A stretch of 32,000 bases of DNA from Bdellovibrionales bacterium (lineage in GTDB: Bacteria > Bdellovibrionota > Bdellovibrionia > Bdellovibrionales > UBA1609). Positions 10,201-16,960 of this stretch are shown piece by piece. Both the position numbers and the translations under genes were made by a program. Every line of letters starts with the position of its first letter. The first letter of the stretch is position 1. The notes beneath the pieces are model-generated. The model saw only the letters and a program-made list of their open reading frames with translations, ran no database searches and was not told the DNA's origin. Location of the stretch: NCBI GenBank assembly GCA_963692945.1, contig OY843585.1, positions 60,001 through 92,000 of the forward strand. The letters are read 5' to 3'.

Positions 10201-10479
10201 TGCCTTTAATTTCCGAGCCTTACTATTATCAGCCTTAAAAAGCACTTCGCCTTCTTTTCTCAATTCTTGTTTAAAATGGTAACCTTGACCATACATACCT
10301 AAAAGAAGACGACATTGATGCTCTTCTCCCCCTTTGTATTTATTGATAGAAGAAGCTATTTTTTTCCAACCTCTGAGATTAAAATAAGCAGCAGAAATAT
10401 CAGACCTATAAGACTTTTCTAAGGCCTCACTAAGACCAGATAAGAAAATTATTTCTTGATTGTCATAAATTGTTGGCAT
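7204..10479 (-). CDS. Fusion protein: N-terminal single-HKD PLD-family nuclease + SNF2-like SF2 helicase/translocase + uncharacterised C-terminal region of about 270 aa
   Basis: HKD motif HAKLYL...GFVGSSNLT (H139/K141; nt 10057-10065). SF2 motifs: I GLGKT (aa 283-287, nt 9619-9633), II DESH (aa 352-355, nt 9415-9426), III LLSATP (aa 381-386). C-lobe: VIVFTQS, TTDVLSEGQNLQ, and motif VI QRVGRVDRIGQ (aa 798-808). The start lies 3 nt after the upstream stop. Confidence 0.88.
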   Translation of the reverse strand: MPTIYDNQEIIFLSGLSEALEKSYRSDISAAYFNLRGWKKIASSINKYKGGEEHQCRLLLGMYGQGYHFKQELRKEGEVLFKADNSKARKLKADTIKNFRNQLMTGYPSNEDEKGLRNLVRQLKEKKVIIKCFTRHPLHAKLYLTFNEKDYAGKIGFVGSSNLTLAGLERQGELNIDVLDQQSCDSLSKWFEGKWNDQFSLDISEEIIKLIEESWARESLIKPYHIYMKMAYHLSEDARKGLTDFFIPKELKDTLFEFQSAAVRIATHHVVHKNGVLIGDVVGLGKTLMAIAVAKILEEENGWQTLILCPKNLETMWEEHRQEWVLSGKVIPISQVQKKLPELKRHHIVIIDESHNLRNPQGKRYQVIRDYISQNDSKCILLSATPYNKTYKDLSSQLGLFVDPDANLGVRPNRFLKEVENFEGLTSTLRAFEKSNYSEDWQQLMAQFLVRRTRSFIKENYGRENAEGRCYIETSSGDKRFFPDRVAKTVKYDIDEQYQKLFSQEVVDIINNLNLARYDLFSYKKENLPDLSKEENKLFQDLEQSRAHPKGFCRINLFKRLESSGYSFLQSIQRHILRNCIFIYAIKNQEDLIVRDKSSDIVADAFNDSEGGITGFLEEDEDKAYFLTDFDSFYQKAKESYKKYKEKNSGSIRWISSTYFNDKLLEDLEKDTEQFISLLRNSEEWNPEADLKLKKLETLLKKENKKVIVFTQSRETAQYLESQLNKRGLKKLELITGGMDNIQPTIKRFSPKSNKSSLNEPEIDILITTDVLSEGQNLQDCNIIINYDLPWAIIKLIQRVGRVDRIGQLADKIFCYSFMPNEGLDKLINLKHRIQNRLRENAEVIGTDEKFFENEKQILTDLYSEKSQVLEKEILEDIDLSSFALEIWNKGIKKDASLEEKIKNMPNMVHSSKSIKESNQSESVLLFAKSHVNNFLLQLNDKGESLAEDQMKILETAKCEPETESLKRTESHYEIVEKGLSIIQKSNEKTGMKGNFGTSRNPRAKLFKVLENLPEGTRDATEQLMDDVYNYPLTNDAENTLKRMFRQKISDNEILKVSLERNKNGILLNKKETMKMNEKPRIVCSMGLIKK

Positions 10480-10482
10480 TTT

Positions 10483-13400
10483 TTAAGAAGCCTTAAGACA
10501 AGAATGACCTTCTTTAAAAAATTCAAGAGAAAGTTTTTTTAAGGTTTGAAGTCTTTCTTGATTTTTGCCTGTTTTAAAGGTGCCTAGAATGTATTCATAT
10601 TCATCAATAGTTAAGCCATAAACAGAAGCTACTATAGCATCTATTTCTGCTTGAATTTTATAGCGTGTTTGTTGATTCTTTACACCACCTCGTTTAATTC
10701 CTATTTCATCGGCTAAATCATTAAATTCTTTTCCAATGCAAGTAAGCTCTGCTGATTTTTTGACAAGTTCCTTAAAGCAAGAATCCTTTTCTGTAAGCCT
10801 CGGAATATGCAAATCACGAAGATGCTTTAAATTCACATTTAAATATATTTTTTGAGAAATAAAATAGTTTAATAAAAAACTATTTAAAAAAGCCTGAAGA
10901 AAAAGCATATATTGATTATTTTTAGAGGTTTCTTTGGATTTAATATAAACTCCATGTAAGCTATTTGTGATAAAATAATTTTTAGGAATAATAGATGAGA
11001 TTAACTTCACAGATCCTGTCGACACTATAGTTCGTATGACAATTCGATGATCTTTATAAAATTGATTTTTAAATGCTTTCCCTGTTCCTGTTCTTACTTT
11101 ATTAGAATTTTTACTAATATAACGATCAACACAGGATAAATTTTTATTAAATTCATATTGATAGATAGCTGCTCCTTTATAAAGAGGCAAACTATCAGAT
11201 GACTGTTTATTCTTGAATAAAGCGGAATCATTTGTTTCATCAAATTCTCTATAAAAATCAGCCATCCATGAATTCTCTAATTTTTCTTCGAGTTTTGGAA
11301 ATTTACTAACTTTCTTAAGCATCTCTTTTTCTTTTGGATGTTTAAACTCTATAATAGAGCAATCACGAGGTGAAAATTTCTGTATTTCCTCAAAGGATTG
11401 CTCAATTGTATTTTCATTAGGAAAATTATTAATAATACCTAAATTCTCTGCTCGAAACTGGCAAGAAAATTTCTCTTGATTTTGCGGTTTGTCTTTTTTT
11501 AAGTTTAGTAATAAAAATTGAACAGTAGAACCCACACCTTCAAATATAATTCTTTCCTTTCCTTTATTAACAAAAGTAATTAGTGCTTTTATTTTACTCT
11601 CTTCAAGAACATGCCTCCTGATTCCAAAAGAGCCTTCATCGCAACAAAACCCTCGTGGCAAAACTATTCCTAAAAAACCATTTTTATTTAAAAGATTAAA
11701 ACATCTTTCTATAAACAATCTATAATTTTCTATATCAGAAGAAGATTTTCTTTCTGAACCATCTACATTAGTTATATTATCAGACTGATAAGAGTAAACC
11801 TTTGAAAAATAATCTCTTTGCAATCGATAAGTAGATTTAATCCTTAGATAATCTTTTTTTATCTTATTATTTTTTAATAGTTTTTCTTTATTTTTTTTAA
11901 GAGTATTCTTAGGTGTTCTTTTTATGCTAAAAGAGTCATCATACTTACAAAAAAATTCTTTATCTTCTATTTTAACTTTTTCCCAAGGAGGATTTGTTAT
12001 AATAATATCAAAGCCTCCTTTATCTATAATTTCATTAAAAGAAAAATCCCAGTGAAATGGTCTTAAAGAATCAAAACCTTCTTTAAGATGCCTTTTTTGT
12101 TTCTCCATGGATGTTTTTTTACCTTTAACATCTATATTTTTTTCATACTTTAACCCTTCATCGTCACACTTATCAGATAAAACTTGATTAAGATTAGAGT
12201 TATTTTCTTCAAGGAATTTTGACACCTTTTGTTTTAATTCCTTTAATTTTTCAAATGATAAGGATTTATTTTTATATTGATTAACAAGCTTGTTGTATTT
12301 TTCTTTTATTTGAGAATAAGACTCTCCAAACAGGGAAAATTGCTCATTAGTATTTTTTTCTTTTAAAAAACCTATAAGAGAATTTCCATGCATTATATTA
12401 AAATCCATATTAGGTAAAGGTTCAAGCTCCGTTGAATCTAAAGCAGAACTCACAAGAGAAAGAAAGAGCCTCAATTTACAAACTTCTGTAGCCTCTTTCA
12501 TAATATCTACACCATAAAGATTTTTAAGGATGATGTTTTTCTTTATTCCATATAAAATACTTTTGTGTCTATTATTAAAATTTTCTAGCCAAGCTTTTAA
12601 CTCCCTATCTGAACTAGTTTCTATCTTACCAATAATAGGACTATAAACATCTATTAGATTTTTCAAAGCAGAAACAAGGAAAGCTCCAGAACCAACAGCA
12701 GGGTCTAAAATCGTCAAAGTATTTAAAATGCTATCTTTATCCGTAAGTAAAATTTTACACATTTTATCATCTAATTTTTCAAATAATTCTCCAATGTTAC
12801 TAAATTTATGCCCTCTTTTAGCTAATTTATCCAAGATACAGTTGTGAATAGATCTTTGGTTCAAGAAACCTGTAATTTCATCCCTAGTATAATAAGCTCC
12901 AAGACTTTTTTGCTGAATTTCATTTATATATTTTTCAAAGATATAGCCTAAAACATCAGGACTGATTTCATTATCCTTTCCTTTATTATCTTGAAGATGC
13001 CATTCATAATTTTGAAAAATTTTAAATGTTTCTTCAAAGGCTTTATCTTTTATTTTTATATTTCTATATTTCTCTTCAATCTCATGAGGAATAAAAAGCC
13101 CTCCATTTAAATACTTGATTTTTCCAAGAAGATTTTTTGCTTTCTCGCTTCTTTCAATAGTTTTTTTTGCAAAACCCTCAAAGAAAAGTGTATTTAAAAA
13201 TTCTGAATGGTATCGGTCTTTTCCTTTAACCTTGCTTTCCTGCAGTTTAGTTTCAAGATAGCTACGATTATTATCACAAAAATCCTTTTTCTGTAAAAAC
13301 CAAATAAACATCAAACGATTTAGTATAATAGAAGAATACCATTTTTTATCCTCTTCACTTTTGATTCCTGAAATATATTTTTGGAAACTAAAATGGTTAT

Positions 13401-13872
13401 TTTTAAAATCTTCATAAAACTTTTTTGTGACTTTTTCAGTATCAAAAGCTTTATCTAAGTTGTTTGCTATTTCAGAAATTTTTGGTACATCTTCTATTCC
13501 AAAGTGAATGCTTGCTAATTTACTGATAAAAGCATCACCACTTTGCTCCTTAAAATAATTATGAGTTCTAAGATCTCCTTCTTTTGAAAGATAAGAGAGG
13601 TAAAAACTTTTATCATTTGAAAATAACAACAAATGTTTATGATACTTTTGTTTTATCTTGTTATGAATCTTTTTTCTTCTTTCACCTGCAACATATTCAA
13701 ATTTTAATACGGGTACACCACTAATTTCTGCAACATGTGTGTAAGGTATATTTGAATTTTCTAATTTAATTGAACTAGACTGGACTTGTGGATTATTCCA
13801 ACCTAAGCTCTCAACAAATAATTTTTGAAATTCAAAATTTTTCAAATGATTTCTAATACTTGCGATATCCAT
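10483..13872 (-). CDS. Large gamma-class N6-adenine DNA methyltransferase (Eco57I/MmeI/PglX-like) with a C-terminal target-recognition region of about 500 aa
   Basis: Conserved blocks: ILNRLMFIWFLQKK, YLNGGLF, ISPDVLGYIFEKYIN, GAYYT. AdoMet motif I is LDPAVGSGAFL (aa 389-399, nt 12676-12708). Also NLYGVDI and HGNSLIG. Catalytic motif IV is NPPW (aa 627-630, nt 11983-11994). I could not recognise any nuclease motif. Confidence 0.88.
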   Translation of the reverse strand: MDIASIRNHLKNFEFQKLFVESLGWNNPQVQSSSIKLENSNIPYTHVAEISGVPVLKFEYVAGERRKKIHNKIKQKYHKHLLLFSNDKSFYLSYLSKEGDLRTHNYFKEQSGDAFISKLASIHFGIEDVPKISEIANNLDKAFDTEKVTKKFYEDFKNNHFSFQKYISGIKSEEDKKWYSSIILNRLMFIWFLQKKDFCDNNRSYLETKLQESKVKGKDRYHSEFLNTLFFEGFAKKTIERSEKAKNLLGKIKYLNGGLFIPHEIEEKYRNIKIKDKAFEETFKIFQNYEWHLQDNKGKDNEISPDVLGYIFEKYINEIQQKSLGAYYTRDEITGFLNQRSIHNCILDKLAKRGHKFSNIGELFEKLDDKMCKILLTDKDSILNTLTILDPAVGSGAFLVSALKNLIDVYSPIIGKIETSSDRELKAWLENFNNRHKSILYGIKKNIILKNLYGVDIMKEATEVCKLRLFLSLVSSALDSTELEPLPNMDFNIMHGNSLIGFLKEKNTNEQFSLFGESYSQIKEKYNKLVNQYKNKSLSFEKLKELKQKVSKFLEENNSNLNQVLSDKCDDEGLKYEKNIDVKGKKTSMEKQKRHLKEGFDSLRPFHWDFSFNEIIDKGGFDIIITNPPWEKVKIEDKEFFCKYDDSFSIKRTPKNTLKKNKEKLLKNNKIKKDYLRIKSTYRLQRDYFSKVYSYQSDNITNVDGSERKSSSDIENYRLFIERCFNLLNKNGFLGIVLPRGFCCDEGSFGIRRHVLEESKIKALITFVNKGKERIIFEGVGSTVQFLLLNLKKDKPQNQEKFSCQFRAENLGIINNFPNENTIEQSFEEIQKFSPRDCSIIEFKHPKEKEMLKKVSKFPKLEEKLENSWMADFYREFDETNDSALFKNKQSSDSLPLYKGAAIYQYEFNKNLSCVDRYISKNSNKVRTGTGKAFKNQFYKDHRIVIRTIVSTGSVKLISSIIPKNYFITNSLHGVYIKSKETSKNNQYMLFLQAFLNSFLLNYFISQKIYLNVNLKHLRDLHIPRLTEKDSCFKELVKKSAELTCIGKEFNDLADEIGIKRGGVKNQQTRYKIQAEIDAIVASVYGLTIDEYEYILGTFKTGKNQERLQTLKKLSLEFFKEGHSCLKAS

Positions 13873-14033
13873 GGATGATATATCGGCAAGCCTAAATTTT
13901 ATTTTAAGAAAATCTATACCACAATAGAAAATCTAGACCTTAAATAAGAACAGGTTCCTCTTCACCCATTGATTACAAACTTTCTAGTTCCTCGTAAATC
14001 TCATGAAGGCCATCTAAAAAACTTAGAGACAAA

Positions 14034-14060
14034 TCAAATCCTGCCACCCCGACCATTTTA
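14034..14060 (+). repeat. Distal copy of the 27-bp tRNA-Pro 3'-end direct repeat (att-like)
   Basis: Identical to 7161-7187. Not part of a full tRNA, because upstream sequence does not fold as one. Confidence 0.9.
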
Positions 14061-14079
14061 AAACGGAAAAATAAATATT

Positions 14080-15048
14080 TTATTTGTTTTGAGATTGGTT
14101 TGGCATAACTACAGGTTGCGGTTGAAAAAATTTCATAAAAGCTCTACCTGTATGGTTTTCAATAATTTTTGTTACGAAGGTAGAGGTAAAAGTATGATTT
14201 ATCGTGTGGAAGATAGATAAAAATAAATCCTGCTCTTTTTGATTTTCTTCAAGATATTGAATTTTTAAACCTTGTTTTTCTAATTGATCTCTAGATATTT
14301 TTCGACCATGAGTTTTGAAAGTGTTATTATCTGATAACCATTCTGCTATTGATTTTGCCTTTTCTTTTTCATTTTTAAGCATATATTTTTCTAACCAGCT
14401 CTCTACTAATTCCTGCGATAGTTTTATAACCTTATCACTTTGAATAAGAAGATCGGGACCATACTGACTTAACATAGGAAGCCAAGAATTTAATTTAGAA
14501 GAATCCTTACATTCTTTTTGAGCCAGATCAAATTGATCCAATATAGATTGGGCAGAAACCCATCTACCACCTGTTGGAGTAGGTAAGACAAGTTGAGGAT
14601 CAGTAGGACCTAAAAAAGAATGCTTTCCAAGAACTATTACATCCCCTGCACAAGAAATCATAGTGCCAGCAGACATAGCCATTGAAGGCACAATAACACG
14701 AATATTTTTAAATTTTGATCTTAAATAACTCACAAAAGCTTCAGTAGATTCTATGGAACCACCTGGTGTATGGAGAATTAAATCTAGATCAGAACCTGAA
14801 AGACCATGAATAACCTCCATAAGACCTTGTAAGTCCTCATCTGTGATGCTTGACAAGTTTGGGGGAACATTAGGCTTTACGATCCAACAAGAAGAATACA
14901 GAATAATATTTCTTTTTGTATATTCAAAACATTTTTTTAAATATTTACGACGAATAAAATCAATAGGAGATACTTTTGCATTTAATGCCTCAGATCCAGG
15001 TAAACATTGCTCGTTTAATTCTTTAAGTGTTTCACTCCAAGTTGGCAT
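14080..15048 (-). CDS. SDH-family ClpP/crotonase-fold serine protease (S49-like)
   Basis: LILHTPGGSIESTEAFVSYLRSKFKNIRVIVPSMAMSAGTMISCAGDVIVLGKHSFLGPTDPQ matches the SDH-type serine proteinase pattern (HTPGG ... catalytic Ser in MSAG, S126). Confidence 0.8.
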   Translation of the reverse strand: MPTWSETLKELNEQCLPGSEALNAKVSPIDFIRRKYLKKCFEYTKRNIILYSSCWIVKPNVPPNLSSITDEDLQGLMEVIHGLSGSDLDLILHTPGGSIESTEAFVSYLRSKFKNIRVIVPSMAMSAGTMISCAGDVIVLGKHSFLGPTDPQLVLPTPTGGRWVSAQSILDQFDLAQKECKDSSKLNSWLPMLSQYGPDLLIQSDKVIKLSQELVESWLEKYMLKNEKEKAKSIAEWLSDNNTFKTHGRKISRDQLEKQGLKIQYLEENQKEQDLFLSIFHTINHTFTSTFVTKIIENHTGRAFMKFFQPQPVVMPNQSQNK

Positions 15049-15067
15049 TGATATGTATCTTAATATT

Positions 15068-15277
15068 TTAAAGAAAGGTTTTTAGATTGAGTGTGTTAGA
15101 ATTATAACTGTTATAACTGTTATAACTGTTATCTTTAATATCTTGATGAGTTTTTACAACTTTATTAGCTTCTTGATAATATTGATAAACTTCCATTAAT
15201 TCTTTAATCCCCGGCTTTTTAAGATATTCTTGTAGCTCTGTAGCTCTTTTTGGCCTATCTTTAAGTGTTTTTTTCAT
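15068..15277 (-). CDS. Small hypothetical protein (69 aa) with an NSY-repeat tail, upstream partner of the SDH protease
   Basis: AGGA lies 6 nt upstream of the ATG at 15277. The gene ends 19 nt before the protease start. The N-terminal half is charged and helical. No known motif. Confidence 0.45.
   Translation of the reverse strand: MKKTLKDRPKRATELQEYLKKPGIKELMEVYQYYQEANKVVKTHQDIKDNSYNSYNSYNSNTLNLKTFL
15102..15132 (-). repeat. In-frame 9-bp tandem repeat (ttataactg x3.4) encoding (SYN)n
   Basis: ttataactg occurs at 15102-15110, 15111-15119 and 15120-15128, followed by a partial ttat. Confidence 0.85.
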
Positions 15278-15486
15278 GTTAGATCCTTATCTTTATTTTA
15301 CTATAATTTCCCTAAAATCTAAAGCCCAGAACAAAGAAAAGCAAGGTCAAAAGTGGGTTTTTATGAGGCTTTTTTAAGATAAACAAGTTTTACCTATTCT
15401 GGAAAACTAAATGATACCCCCAAACGATAAGCCCTAGCTTCATTATTGTTATTTTATACGTTTTGTCTAAAGAATTGTTAAAAAGA

Positions 15487-15547
15487 GGCAGACGACATGC
15501 AGACGACATTGGTCTCAAAGTCATTGATTTTAAAGGGTTTTTGAGAG
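15487..15547 (+). repeat. 61-bp direct repeat, copy 1 (contains two tandem 11-mers, gcagacgacat)
   Basis: ggcagacgacatgcagacgacattggtctcaaagtcattgattttaaagggtttttgagag matches copy 2 at 60/61 positions. Confidence 0.9.
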
Positions 15548-15574
15548 ATCTGAAGACAGAATGAGCTGAATATA

Positions 15575-15635
15575 GGTAGACGACATGCAGACGACATTGG
15601 TCTCAAAGTCATTGATTTTAAAGGGTTTTTGAGAG
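15575..15635 (+). repeat. 61-bp direct repeat, copy 2
   Basis: ggtagacgacatgcagacgacattggtctcaaagtcattgattttaaagggtttttgagag, separated from copy 1 by a 27-bp spacer. Confidence 0.9.
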
Positions 15636-15690
15636 GTTAATTAATTAACACTTTAAAAAATTATTACTTTTACCTAAATAATTAAAATTA

Positions 15691-16851
15691 CTAGCTTTTT
15701 TCCAAACTTTTAACAATATCTTTTAACTCCTGAATAAATTTCCAAAAAGGCAAAATAATAACTCCCTTCTCTTTTTCTATATGCTTTCTTTTAAGATGAA
15801 CTTGGTAAAAAACTGGAATATTTATTCGTTCTTTAAAATAATAAATGTGTGGAGAAATATTTTCCTCTCCTAACTTACCTTCTACAGCAAAAAGTGGTTT
15901 TTTATTTTTAACGACAACAAAATCAACTTCTCTTTTATTTGTATCTCTTAAAAACCTTAATTCCATTTTATAACCCTGACTGTCTTCTAAAAAATGACAG
16001 AATTTTAAAAGATGACTTGCAAGCATATTTTCAAAACGAAGACCTTTATTTTCAATAACACTCCAATCCCATAGATAAAGCTTTTGTTCTTTTTTTACAG
16101 CACGAATTTTAGGAGCTCCATAAGGAGAGATTCTAAATGAATAGTAAAGGTTATCTAAAATCTCAATCCAATTTGCCGCTGTAGCATGATGAACACCAAG
16201 ATCGTCTGCTATACTTTTAATAGAAAGAGGTGATCCTATTCTTCTAGGAAGATCATTTGCTAAAAGCTCTATTAAACTCAGTTCTTTTATATTGTTCAGC
16301 TCTCTTATATCGTCATTGATAACTCTAAAAACCCGCTCTCGTTGCCAAAGCCTTAAGTTTTTCTCTCTTCCTTCTAAAAGAACTTCAGGGAAACCTCCAA
16401 AATGAAGTAATTGCTCTGTTGTTTCTTTATTAAAACTAGGCATTTCATCTAAAGAAAAGGGATGGAGTCTTACATAGCGATAACGTCCCAAAAGAGAATC
16501 CCCTCCTTTACGATAATAATCAAGCCGAGCCGAGCCTGTTATTAAAAATTTATATTTATATCTTTTTGTATCATAAAGACCTTTTATAAGAGATCGCCAC
16601 TTTTTAAATTTATGAATCTCATCTAAACATAGTATTTTTTTATCTATAGGAAATTCTCCATTTTGAATTTTAAACCGAGAAGAAGGGTCATCCCAATTTA
16701 AATAAGAAGAACTTCTTATTGATTTAGGAGTTAGAAACTGTGTACAAAGAGTTGTCTTACCAACCTGTCTAGGACCTCCTACAAAAACCATTTTATTTTT
16801 TAAAAACTCTTCAATAGTATTAAATAGATACCGATTTTTAAATTTCTTCAT
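15691..16851 (-). CDS. AAA-family ATPase with a C-terminal DUF4143-type PD-(D/E)xK nuclease-like domain
   Basis: Walker A GGPRQVGKTTL; Walker B-like ILCLDEIHKF; LITGSARLD and SLLGRYRYVRLHPFSL are typical of the AAA_14 family. The C-terminal REVDFVVV...LFAVEGK gives a D...ExK arrangement. Confidence 0.8.
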   Translation of the reverse strand: MKKFKNRYLFNTIEEFLKNKMVFVGGPRQVGKTTLCTQFLTPKSIRSSSYLNWDDPSSRFKIQNGEFPIDKKILCLDEIHKFKKWRSLIKGLYDTKRYKYKFLITGSARLDYYRKGGDSLLGRYRYVRLHPFSLDEMPSFNKETTEQLLHFGGFPEVLLEGREKNLRLWQRERVFRVINDDIRELNNIKELSLIELLANDLPRRIGSPLSIKSIADDLGVHHATAANWIEILDNLYYSFRISPYGAPKIRAVKKEQKLYLWDWSVIENKGLRFENMLASHLLKFCHFLEDSQGYKMELRFLRDTNKREVDFVVVKNKKPLFAVEGKLGEENISPHIYYFKERINIPVFYQVHLKRKHIEKEKGVIILPFWKFIQELKDIVKSLEKS

Positions 16852-16866
16852 AACTTCATCTTATAT

Positions 16867-16929
16867 CGTGAGTAAATGATAGTCAAGTATCAAATACTCA
16901 CGAGTAAATGATAGTTAGGTATCAAATAC
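16867..16929. repeat. Tandem 28-bp repeat (period 32) with an embedded 8-bp inverted repeat, immediately upstream of the ATPase gene
   Basis: gagtaaatgatagtcaagtatcaaatac (16870-16897) versus gagtaaatgatagttaggtatcaaatac (16902-16929): 26/28 identical. CGTGAGTA (16867-16874) and TACTCACG (16895-16902) form an inverted repeat. Confidence 0.8.
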
Positions 16930-16960
16930 ACCGACACCTATGGGCTTTAGGATAGCCAGT

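Noticed and set aside
7204-13872. Calling the two-gene module DISARM, BREX or classical type I/III R-M
   Set aside because: No DrmA/DrmB(DUF1998), no PglZ/BrxC, and no HsdS/HsdR arrangement. The motor carries a PLD module, not a PD-(D/E)xK nuclease. Shared domains alone do not justify those labels.
14843-15085. 80-aa + strand ORF. The same applies to 2696-2884, 24723-24908, 27482-27787, 29196-29438, 29364-29603 and 31489-31695
   Set aside because: All are embedded in, or antisense to, well-supported genes (SDH protease, phoR, pstB, pstC, the MazG neighbour) and have no motifs.
15487-15635. 61-bp repeats considered as a CRISPR array
   Set aside because: There are only two copies, the 61-bp repeat is far longer than CRISPR repeats, there is a single 27-bp spacer, and no cas genes lie in the window.
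16921-16945. atcaaatacaccgacacc as a degraded third copy of the tRNA-Pro 3' end
   Set aside because: Only tcaaat and a loose ccgac match. Alignment needs several indels and is indistinguishable from chance.
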